From Longicatena sp. (GTDB taxonomy: Bacteria; Bacillota_I; Bacilli_A; Erysipelotrichales; Erysipelotrichaceae), in contig JAVWIF010000004.1 in assembly GCA_036639635.1 (NCBI GenBank), forward strand, positions 8,646-72,645: DNA of 64,000 bases, in the 5' to 3' direction. Position 1 is the stretch's first letter. Every line of letters begins with the position of its first letter. The translations under genes were made by a program, and so were the position numbers. Below, one piece after another: positions 49,475-57,605 of this stretch. The notes beneath the pieces are model-generated. The model had not been told where the DNA came from. It did no database searches and was given only the letters and a program-made list of their open reading frames with translations.

Positions 49475-51326
49475 AGAACGTACACCTCGTCCTAGTCGTC
49501 CAGGACATGGCCCTATGGGGCATGGAATGCCTGCTGTTAAGGCAAAAGATTTTTCAGGGACTATGAAAAAATTAATTAAATTTATGCGTCCATATTATAT
49601 AGTAATAGCAATTGCCATTGTTTTTGCAATCGTTAGTACAATCCTTGCAATACTTGGACCAAAAATATTAGGAAATGCAACAACAGAACTAGCAGAAGGA
49701 TTTATGCGTATTGCGACAAATAAAGGAACCATTGATTTTGATTATATTACAGGGATAATGTTAACGCTTATTGCTATGTATATCATAAGTGCTGTTTTAT
49801 CCTATGCAATGAGTATTATGATGGCAACTATTACACAAAAAACAGCGTATAAGTTAAGACAAGATATTTCTCATAAAATAGATCGTATGCCATTTAAATA
49901 TTTTGATGCGACCTCTCATGGTGATATATTATCACGTGTTACAAATGATGTCGATACGTTACAAACTTCTATGTCACAATCTTTATCACAAGTAGTAACC
50001 TCTGTTGTAAGTGTCATAGGATATCCCGTGATGATGATAACGATTAGTTGGCAAATGACATTAATGGCACTTTGTGTAGTTCCATTATCATTAATCTTAG
50101 TATCGCGAATTGTTAAAAAATCACAAAGTTACTTTAAGCGCCAACAACAATATCTTAGTGATGTAAATGGCCATGTTGAAGAAATGTATAGTGGACATGT
50201 AGTTATGAAAGCTTTTAATGGAGAACAAAAATCCATTGAAGAGTTTAATAAACATAATGATAATTTATATGAAACTGCTTGGATTTCTCAATTCTTATCA
50301 GGCCTTATGATGCCAATTACGCAATTTGTAGGAAACTTAGGCTATGTTTGTGTATGTTTACTTGGTGGATATTTAGCAGCAATGGGTTCTATTACCATTG
50401 GTAATATTCAAGCATTTATTCAATATATAAGAAACTTTAATCAACCAATTGCACAACTTGCACAAGTTATGAATATGTTACAATCAACAGCAGCCGCTGC
50501 TGAGCGTGTCTTTACCTTCTTAGAAGAAGAGGAAGAAATACCAGAAACATCTACACCTGTTGAAGTCTTTGATAAAGACGGTAATACGAATATTACAGGA
50601 CAAGTTACATTTGAAAATGTTCACTTTGGATACACAGAAGATAAAATTATTATCAATAACTTTTCTATGTATATCAAACCAGGTAAGAAAATTGCCATAG
50701 TGGGACCTACTGGAGCAGGTAAAACAACGATTGTTAAACTATTGATGCGTTTCTATGAATTAAATAGTGGTTCTATTTATATTGATGGTATTAAGACTGT
50801 TGATATGCGTAGAAGTGATTTACGTTCGCTTTTTGGTATGGTATTACAAGATGCATGGTTATTTAATGGCACTATTATGGAAAACTTACGCTATGGACGC
50901 TTAGAAGCAAGTGATGAAGAAGTTATAAGTGCTGCTGATAGTGCTTATGTTGATCACTTTATTCGTACATTAGATCATGGATATGATACGATGATCAATG
51001 AAGAAAGTAATAACATATCACAAGGACAAAAGCAATTATTAACGATTGCACGTGCATTCTTATCAGATCCTAAAATTCTTATTCTAGATGAAGCTACATC
51101 ATCTGTTGATACACGTACGGAAGTATTGATTCAAAAAGGCATGGAAAAATTAATGGAGAATCGTACAAGCTTCGTTATTGCTCATCGCTTATCTACCATT
51201 CGTGATGCTGATTTAATTTTAGTTATGAAAGATGGAGATATAGTAGAAGCCGGAAGTCATAATGAATTAATGAGTGAAAATGGATTCTATACACAATTAT
51301 ATAATTCACAATTTGAAGAAGAATAA
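49467..51326 (+). CDS. ABC exporter half-transporter (TMD-NBD), consensus catalytic residues, degenerate signature
   Basis: Walker A GPTGAGKTT. Walker B ILILDEATSSVD. Switch IAHRLST. Signature ISQGQKQ instead of LSGGQ. 8-nt overlap with the upstream gene. Confidence 0.88.
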   Translation: MSKERTPRPSRPGHGPMGHGMPAVKAKDFSGTMKKLIKFMRPYYIVIAIAIVFAIVSTILAILGPKILGNATTELAEGFMRIATNKGTIDFDYITGIMLTLIAMYIISAVLSYAMSIMMATITQKTAYKLRQDISHKIDRMPFKYFDATSHGDILSRVTNDVDTLQTSMSQSLSQVVTSVVSVIGYPVMMITISWQMTLMALCVVPLSLILVSRIVKKSQSYFKRQQQYLSDVNGHVEEMYSGHVVMKAFNGEQKSIEEFNKHNDNLYETAWISQFLSGLMMPITQFVGNLGYVCVCLLGGYLAAMGSITIGNIQAFIQYIRNFNQPIAQLAQVMNMLQSTAAAAERVFTFLEEEEEIPETSTPVEVFDKDGNTNITGQVTFENVHFGYTEDKIIINNFSMYIKPGKKIAIVGPTGAGKTTIVKLLMRFYELNSGSIYIDGIKTVDMRRSDLRSLFGMVLQDAWLFNGTIMENLRYGRLEASDEEVISAADSAYVDHFIRTLDHGYDTMINEESNNISQGQKQLLTIARAFLSDPKILILDEATSSVDTRTEVLIQKGMEKLMENRTSFVIAHRLSTIRDADLILVMKDGDIVEAGSHNELMSENGFYTQLYNSQFEEE

Positions 51327-51364
51327 AAAAAGAGACATTGCCAAATAGGCAATGTCTTATTTTA
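51326..51364. terminator. Bidirectional terminator
   Basis: AGACATTGCC-aaata-GGCAATGTCT flanked by A and T runs. Confidence 0.8.
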
Positions 51365-51905
51365 CGACAAGAGCTAACATAGATAGAAAACTAACACTAG
51401 TATGAGAATACCGAACTTTTCGGCCACCTTGTAATAGTACTTCTGATAAGCAACAATATTTATCAACGGCTTGTAAAATCCAACCTTCTTTTGTTTTTGG
51501 AGTATGAATGGTCATAGGCCACATGTGATGAAGAATTGCATCATCAATAATAGCATTTGTTTTAGTAGCTTTTTTAGCATTTTCTAAAGCAATTCTTGGA
51601 TGTACAGAACAATGTCTTCCTTCGATAGGCTGTTCAAAATGACGATCATATAAATATAAGTCATGAAGAAGACCAGCTCTTGCTATACTGTAAGCATCAG
51701 CATTTAACTTACGAGCAATGAGAAAAGAATAGTAAGATACATTTATAGAATGTTGAAATCTAGACGTTTTCATATGTTGATGAAAGTCATGCAATTCAAT
51801 GACATCGTCAACACAAAGTAAATCATTTATACAATCTAAATATTCATTACGTAAACTACAATCTACATTGTTTAAATCTACCCTAGAGAAAATTGCATTT
51901 TGCAT
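51357..51905 (-). CDS. HD-domain phosphohydrolase (small, stand-alone)
   Basis: FQHSINVSYYS (His) and AGLLHDLY (HD) motifs. 182 aa. Confidence 0.75.
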   Translation of the reverse strand: MQNAIFSRVDLNNVDCSLRNEYLDCINDLLCVDDVIELHDFHQHMKTSRFQHSINVSYYSFLIARKLNADAYSIARAGLLHDLYLYDRHFEQPIEGRHCSVHPRIALENAKKATKTNAIIDDAILHHMWPMTIHTPKTKEGWILQAVDKYCCLSEVLLQGGRKVRYSHTSVSFLSMLALVVK

Positions 51906-52047
51906 TTAACTACCACCTTTTTTTCAAATACCCTTTAATAATACCACGTATTAATTAAAAAAGTATGTGATAGTGGTGTGATTTCTATTTTTACTAGAAT
52001 TTATTATGAAAATAGCGTAAAATATAAGAGAAAAAGAGGAACGATAA

Positions 52048-53049
52048 ATGATAGAATTCGAAAAAACGATACTCCATATTTTAGATAGTGAACACAATAC
52101 CCTTATTAATAGCGATGAGTGTATGCGTGATATGAGTGTCGAAATAGAAAAAATGTTGCAAATCAAAACTAGTAAAGTATTCGCATCAAGTGCAAAGAAG
52201 AAATGTGAATTCAAGGAAGGTGGACACATTACTCTTTATCTAAATGAATATAAAGAGTCTAAGACCACATTTGAAGAAATGAGTCAGAAGATTGCTCAAT
52301 TTATTTTTGATGCAAAGATGAAATATGGTTTATTTGATGCTACAGATTTAATTGTGAGTGAAGTGTTATTTGAAAGTAGACGCTATATTGTGGCAATTGA
52401 AAATGCATATAGTGAAGGAGTCACCCATAATCTTGTACAAAAAGATGAGCATATTACCAATGAAGTCATTCCTTATCGTACGTTATTATCGTTAAATTTA
52501 GTAAAAAATGATCGTGCATTTATTGTTGAACTATCTGATATGAGTGTATCTAGTGTTGAAAGTAAAGTCGAAATAGAAGCAGATAAAGTTAACTTTTATG
52601 CGAGTATTGTATTAGAAAGCGAATCTACACCTTCTTATAGTGAAGCACTCTCTTCCATATCGAAGACAGTTGCTAAATTAGGCGATAAATTTGAGATTGA
52701 TGAAATGGACTTGATTCCAAAGATGAAGGGGATTATTAATGATAGTGTTGCGGCACAAACACCGATTAAAGTACAAGAAGTAGGGACTTTATTATTTGCC
52801 GATAAACCATTGGCACAAAACGAGTTTCAAGAGGAAATGAGAACACAAGGAATATCCAAAGATATTGAAGTAGAATTTGTTAAAAGTAGTAAGCGTGATA
52901 AGATGCAAAAGATAAAAACGGATAAAGGAATTGAAATTAATATTCCTGTGGATTATATGAATTCAAAAGAATTCGTTGAATTTCAAACCCAAAGTGATGG
53001 CACTATTTCTATTCAATTAAAGAACATTAATCATATAAGCAGCAAATAA
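52048..53049 (+). CDS. Nucleoid-associated protein, NdpA/YejK (NA37) family candidate
   Basis: N-terminal I.KTILHILD... pattern and about 330-aa size match what I remember for NA37-family proteins. No other recognisable motifs. Confidence 0.5.
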   Translation: MIEFEKTILHILDSEHNTLINSDECMRDMSVEIEKMLQIKTSKVFASSAKKKCEFKEGGHITLYLNEYKESKTTFEEMSQKIAQFIFDAKMKYGLFDATDLIVSEVLFESRRYIVAIENAYSEGVTHNLVQKDEHITNEVIPYRTLLSLNLVKNDRAFIVELSDMSVSSVESKVEIEADKVNFYASIVLESESTPSYSEALSSISKTVAKLGDKFEIDEMDLIPKMKGIINDSVAAQTPIKVQEVGTLLFADKPLAQNEFQEEMRTQGISKDIEVEFVKSSKRDKMQKIKTDKGIEINIPVDYMNSKEFVEFQTQSDGTISIQLKNINHISSK

Positions 53050-53050
53050 A

Positions 53051-53087
53051 TAAGTCATAGCGTAATTGCTATGACTTATATTTTTTT
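53051..53087. terminator. Bidirectional terminator
   Basis: TAAGTCATAGC-loop-GCTATGACTTA followed by a T-run. Confidence 0.8.
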
Positions 53088-53316
53088 ATTCAACTAATTT
53101 CACACCTACAACACCATCAACTTCATCTAATAAAATGGCTTCGACACCTCCACTAATTGTATCATCAACAGACATACAACCAACGCAAGCGCCTAATAAT
53201 TTTACATTGACAATACCTTCTATAAAAGAAACAAATTCAATATCTCCACCATCTCTTTGGATATAAGGTCTAATTTTATCAATGACATGTTTAATCTCAT
53301 CAACTTTTGTTTGCAT
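53086..53316 (-). CDS. NifU-like (Nfu C-terminal domain) Fe-S cluster protein
   Basis: IRPYIQRDGGDIEFV..G.V.VKL.GACVGC motif (CxxC). 76 aa. Confidence 0.85.
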   Translation of the reverse strand: MQTKVDEIKHVIDKIRPYIQRDGGDIEFVSFIEGIVNVKLLGACVGCMSVDDTISGGVEAILLDEVDGVVGVKLVE

Positions 53317-53337
53317 CTTGTAACTTTTTCCTTCTTT

Positions 53338-53796
53338 CTATAAATGAATAAGTTGGTACATAACGAGTGAAACTACAATCCCTAGAAAGACACCACCAAG
53401 GATTTCTACAAATTTATGTCCCAATACACTTTTTATCTTTTCTTGATAAATAGGATCAGAGAAATTTAATCCTTTTAATGTTTCTAAATCAGTAATTAAT
53501 TGTTTTGTTAATTGAATGTTTCGCCCAGCATAATAACGAACATTTGCTGCATCATAAATGACTATAAAACTAAATACCGCAGTAACGGCAAAGATTGCCG
53601 AATCAAATCCTTCACTCATCCCAATAGCAATGGATAGCGAAGTTACTGTTGAACTATGAGAACTAGGGAAACCACCACAAGATATGCATTGATGGATATC
53701 AAGTTTTTGTGTACGTGAATATAAAACAATTGGTTTTAGTATCTGTGCTAATATATTTGCAATTAATGCTGCTGCTAGTGGATAAATAGAATCCAT
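53338..53796 (-). CDS. Divergent PAP2 / DUF212 family membrane protein
   Basis: GGFPSSHSSTVTSL motif, 4 TM segments, 152 aa. Confidence 0.8.
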   Translation of the reverse strand: MDSIYPLAAALIANILAQILKPIVLYSRTQKLDIHQCISCGGFPSSHSSTVTSLSIAIGMSEGFDSAIFAVTAVFSFIVIYDAANVRYYAGRNIQLTKQLITDLETLKGLNFSDPIYQEKIKSVLGHKFVEILGGVFLGIVVSLVMYQLIHL

Positions 53797-53910
53797 GTAT
53801 GTATCACCTCAATACTTCAGATTAAGAATAATTCTTGCTCTGTGTTTATTATTATAACACAAAAACAGAAAAGATATGCTATAATAAATGCAATGAAATG
53901 AGGTGAGCAC

Positions 53911-54264
53911 ATGCACTATATGGTTGGTGAAGTCGTAGAAGGTGTTATCACTGGGATAAAACCTTACGGAGCCTTTGTTTATCTAGACAACAAGCATAAT
54001 GGATTGATACATATTTCAGAAATTAGTGAACGATTTGTGAAAGATGTACATACCTATGTGAAGGTTGATGAACGTGTGAAAGTAAAAATCTTAGATATGG
54101 ATGAAGATGGTATTCATTTTAATCTTTCTCTAAAAGCCATAGAGACTAGCAAAGCTCGTTTTATGCGAAAACGCAGAATTGTTCACGAATTACCACCAAT
54201 GGAAATAGGGTTTCAAACATTGGAGGAGCATTTAGATCAGTGGATAGAAGATGCCATAAGATGA
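53911..54264 (+). CDS. S1 RNA-binding domain protein (GSP13/YugI/CvfD-like)
   Basis: GEVVEGVITGIKPYGAFV.L....GLIHISE S1 fold signature. 117 aa. Confidence 0.85.
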   Translation: MHYMVGEVVEGVITGIKPYGAFVYLDNKHNGLIHISEISERFVKDVHTYVKVDERVKVKILDMDEDGIHFNLSLKAIETSKARFMRKRRIVHELPPMEIGFQTLEEHLDQWIEDAIR

Positions 54265-54278
54265 AGGAGAAAAAGCAT

Positions 54279-55553
54279 ATGATGAAACTAGATACAACGC
54301 ATGCATTTTTGAAAGAAGACATTTGTGATTATCAAGAGGTTGTTACAAAGTGTCATGACGCATTATTGAATAAAACTGGTAAAGGAAATGATTATGTTGG
54401 TTGGGTTGACTGGCCTCTTAATTATGACAAAGAAGAATTTGCAAGATTGAAAAGAGTAGCAAAAGAGATTCGTGAAAAATGTGATGTACTTATTGTTTGT
54501 GGTATTGGTGGTTCTTATTTAGGATCACGAGCAGCTATTGAAATGATCAATGGAATGTACGCAAATAAAAAACCAGAGATAATTTTTATGGGAAACACAT
54601 TCTCTTCAACGTATATTGCACAAGTAATGGAATACATCAAAGATAAAGAAGTAGCCCTAAACGTTATTTCTAAATCTGGAACAACAACTGAAACTGCTTT
54701 GGCATTTCGTTTGTTAAGACAATTTATGGAAGAAAAATATGGTAAAGCTGAAGCTTGTAAACGTATAATAGCAACTACAGATAAAGCAAGAGGTACCTTA
54801 AAATCAATTGCTGATAAAGAAGGATACGAAACATTTGCGATTCCTGATGATATCGGAGGAAGATTTTCGGTAATTACACCTGTTGGATTGTTTCCAATTG
54901 CTGTTGCTGGAATTGATGTAGATGCAATTATGGATGGTCTTGTAACGGCTAAAAAAGATTTAAGTACACCAGATTTAACAAAAAATGATGCCTATGCATA
55001 TGCGGTTGCTCGTAGAATCTTAGAGAAACAAGGAAAGAACGCTGAAATGCTAGTTAGTTATGAAACACAAATGGCAATGGTTGCTGAATGGTGGAAACAA
55101 TTGTTTGGAGAAAGTGAAGGTAAAGAAGGTAAAGGAAACTTGCCAACTAGTGCAAACTTCTCTACAGACTTACACTCATTAGGACAATTTGTGCAAGATG
55201 GTAAAAAAATCTTATATGAAACATTGTTATTAGTAGAAAAACCAACGATAGATTTATTATTCCCAAGTGATGCTAATGATGAAGATGGTATGAATTATTT
55301 AGCTGGAAAATCAATTGACTGGGTAAATAAAATGGCTTGTCAAGGAACACTTGAAGCTCATGAAATTACTGGAAATGTTCCAAATCTTATGATTACAATG
55401 GACGATATGAGTGCTCATAGCTTTGGTTATATGTGTTATTTCTTCTTTAGTGCATGTGCAATGACTTGTTACATGTTAGATATTAACCCATTTAATCAAC
55501 CAGGTGTTGAAGTTTATAAAAAGAATATGTTCCGTTTATTAGGGAAAAATTAA
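54279..55553 (+). CDS. pgi: Glucose-6-phosphate isomerase (short Firmicutes type)
   Basis: GIGGSYLG, ISKSGTTTE, GGRFSV and GESEGK motifs. ATG 54279 with AAGGAGA 8 nt upstream. Confidence 0.93.
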   Translation: MMKLDTTHAFLKEDICDYQEVVTKCHDALLNKTGKGNDYVGWVDWPLNYDKEEFARLKRVAKEIREKCDVLIVCGIGGSYLGSRAAIEMINGMYANKKPEIIFMGNTFSSTYIAQVMEYIKDKEVALNVISKSGTTTETALAFRLLRQFMEEKYGKAEACKRIIATTDKARGTLKSIADKEGYETFAIPDDIGGRFSVITPVGLFPIAVAGIDVDAIMDGLVTAKKDLSTPDLTKNDAYAYAVARRILEKQGKNAEMLVSYETQMAMVAEWWKQLFGESEGKEGKGNLPTSANFSTDLHSLGQFVQDGKKILYETLLLVEKPTIDLLFPSDANDEDGMNYLAGKSIDWVNKMACQGTLEAHEITGNVPNLMITMDDMSAHSFGYMCYFFFSACAMTCYMLDINPFNQPGVEVYKKNMFRLLGKN

Positions 55554-55601
55554 CAAATAAGAGACAAGCAGTTAAATAACTGTTTGTCTCTTATTTGTTT
55601 T
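55552..55601 (+). terminator. pgi terminator
   Basis: 20-bp stem AACAAATAAGAGACAAGCAG / CTGTTTGTCTCTTATTTGTT followed by TT. Confidence 0.85.
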
Positions 55602-55731
55602 AGATGCTTCAACTAATGAGAATCTAATGGATAAGCAAGATGTTGAAATACTAGATACTATATTGCATATTTTGTCGACTTCTTTACTACATTTTTTCCT
55701 TTATAAGAACGTATACTAGAATGGTGATAAT

Positions 55732-56658
55732 ATGGAAAACAGTATTGAGGTACATAACGTATATAAAGCATTTGGCAAGAAACAAGCGTTACAAGGAATT
55801 AGCTTTCAGGTAAAAAAAGGAGAAATATTTGCTTTTCTAGGACCCAATGGGGCAGGAAAAAGTACGATGATTTCATTGTTAACAACCTTAGAAAAAGTGG
55901 ATAAAGGAAGTGTCAAAATTGAATCAAATGTTTTAGGCGTACATAATCAAGAGATACGCAAAGCGATTGGTATTGTCTTTCAAGATAGTAAATTAGATGC
56001 AATATTAAGTGTGGAACAAAACTTAAGATTACGTTGTGGCTTTTATTATCAAAGGAGCGAAGAAATAAGAGATAGGGTGAATGCTGTAGTAAAAGTGTGT
56101 AAACTTGAAGCATTTATGCATCAAAAAGTAGAAACGCTTTCAGGAGGTCAAAGAAGATGTGCTGATATTGCACGTGCGCTATTACCTAAACCAGCAATTT
56201 TAATATTAGATGAGCCAAGTATGAGTTTAGATCCTGTTGCACGTAAACATCTTTGGAGTGTGATTCAAGAACTTCATCAGAAAGAACATATGACAATCTT
56301 TATGACAACGCATTATATTGAAGAGTCAGAGATAGCAAGTCACATTTGTATTATTCAAAAAGGAAAGATAATGCTTGATGAGTCATTGTCACAATTTAAA
56401 AGAATGTCGTGTAGAAATCATTTGTATTTATATCCAACATCATTGAAGACCTTAATAGAAGTGCTTTGCGCTCATAAGATTGATTATCAAGCGTTTCCCA
56501 ATAGAGTGGAAGTGTGTCCATTAAATACATTTCATACGATGTCTATACTACGCATTTGTGAGCGTTATATAGAACACTTTAATGTTGTAGAAAGTAGTAT
56601 GGAAGAAATCTATTTAGAATTGGTGGAAGAAGGGGTAAACCATGAAAGCGTTGATTAA
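55732..56658 (+). CDS. ABC-2-type exporter ATP-binding protein
   Basis: GPNGAGKST, LSGGQRR and ILILDEPSMSLD motifs. Confidence 0.88.
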   Translation: MENSIEVHNVYKAFGKKQALQGISFQVKKGEIFAFLGPNGAGKSTMISLLTTLEKVDKGSVKIESNVLGVHNQEIRKAIGIVFQDSKLDAILSVEQNLRLRCGFYYQRSEEIRDRVNAVVKVCKLEAFMHQKVETLSGGQRRCADIARALLPKPAILILDEPSMSLDPVARKHLWSVIQELHQKEHMTIFMTTHYIEESEIASHICIIQKGKIMLDESLSQFKRMSCRNHLYLYPTSLKTLIEVLCAHKIDYQAFPNRVEVCPLNTFHTMSILRICERYIEHFNVVESSMEEIYLELVEEGVNHESVD

Positions 56659-57499
56659 GCGTAATATGATGTTGTTCTTCTACGATAAAACAGCTGTTTT
56701 CTTTTCTTTTATGGCGGTATTTGTTGTGTTGGGTTTATATTGTTCGTTTTTAGGGGATATGATGATAGAACCATTGAAAGTAGCGTTTCCAAAGTACGCA
56801 AGAGAATTAAGCGATACTTGGATAATGGCTGGAACACTAGGGATTGTATCACTAACGACTTCATTAAGTGTATTGGGTATTATCATAGCTGATCGAAGCA
56901 ATCATATTGTTAACGATTTTGAAATTAGCCCACTGTCTAAAGGAAAGATTATGCTTTCCTATATTATTTCAAGTGTTGTATTGACTTGTTTTGTTTCAGT
57001 TGTGACCTTACTTATTGGACAGATTTATATTGTAGCGTATGGTGGAAGGTGGATGTCAATGAGCACTTTAATAAAAGTGCTTGGGGTGATGGTACTTTCG
57101 ATTATGTCAAATACTAGTATGTTATATTTTTTTATGTCATTTTTTAGAAGCGCTACGTCTTTTAGTAATATTACAACAATCATTGGAACACTATCAGGAT
57201 TTTTGATGGGTATTTATGTACCAATGGGAGCACTTCCTAACTATTTACAAAGAGTGATTACGTACTTTCCTCCCAGTCATTGTGCAGCCTTATATCGCAA
57301 TATTATGATGCATGATGTCATGAACGATAGTTTTATAAATGTACCAATAGAAGCAATTACGACATTTAAAAAGAATTTTGGATTACTATTTACGTATGGC
57401 AGTCATACTACAAGCACTTTCGAACATGTTGGATTGATTGCGCTTACTGGAATTTTCTTTTATATACTTTTAAAGTTACAAAAAAAGAATCGAATGTAA
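56642..57499 (+). CDS. ABC-2-type exporter permease
   Basis: Six TM segments; overlaps the ATPase gene by 17 nt. Confidence 0.75.
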   Translation: MKALIKRNMMLFFYDKTAVFFSFMAVFVVLGLYCSFLGDMMIEPLKVAFPKYARELSDTWIMAGTLGIVSLTTSLSVLGIIIADRSNHIVNDFEISPLSKGKIMLSYIISSVVLTCFVSVVTLLIGQIYIVAYGGRWMSMSTLIKVLGVMVLSIMSNTSMLYFFMSFFRSATSFSNITTIIGTLSGFLMGIYVPMGALPNYLQRVITYFPPSHCAALYRNIMMHDVMNDSFINVPIEAITTFKKNFGLLFTYGSHTTSTFEHVGLIALTGIFFYILLKLQKKNRM

Positions 57500-57605
57500 G
57501 ATGATCATAAAAAAAGAAAATCTTCGTAATTCACTATGAAAATAAGGAATATTAAGGTATAATATAAACATTAAATGTAACCGATTACAAATAGGAGGAT
57601 GTGTA

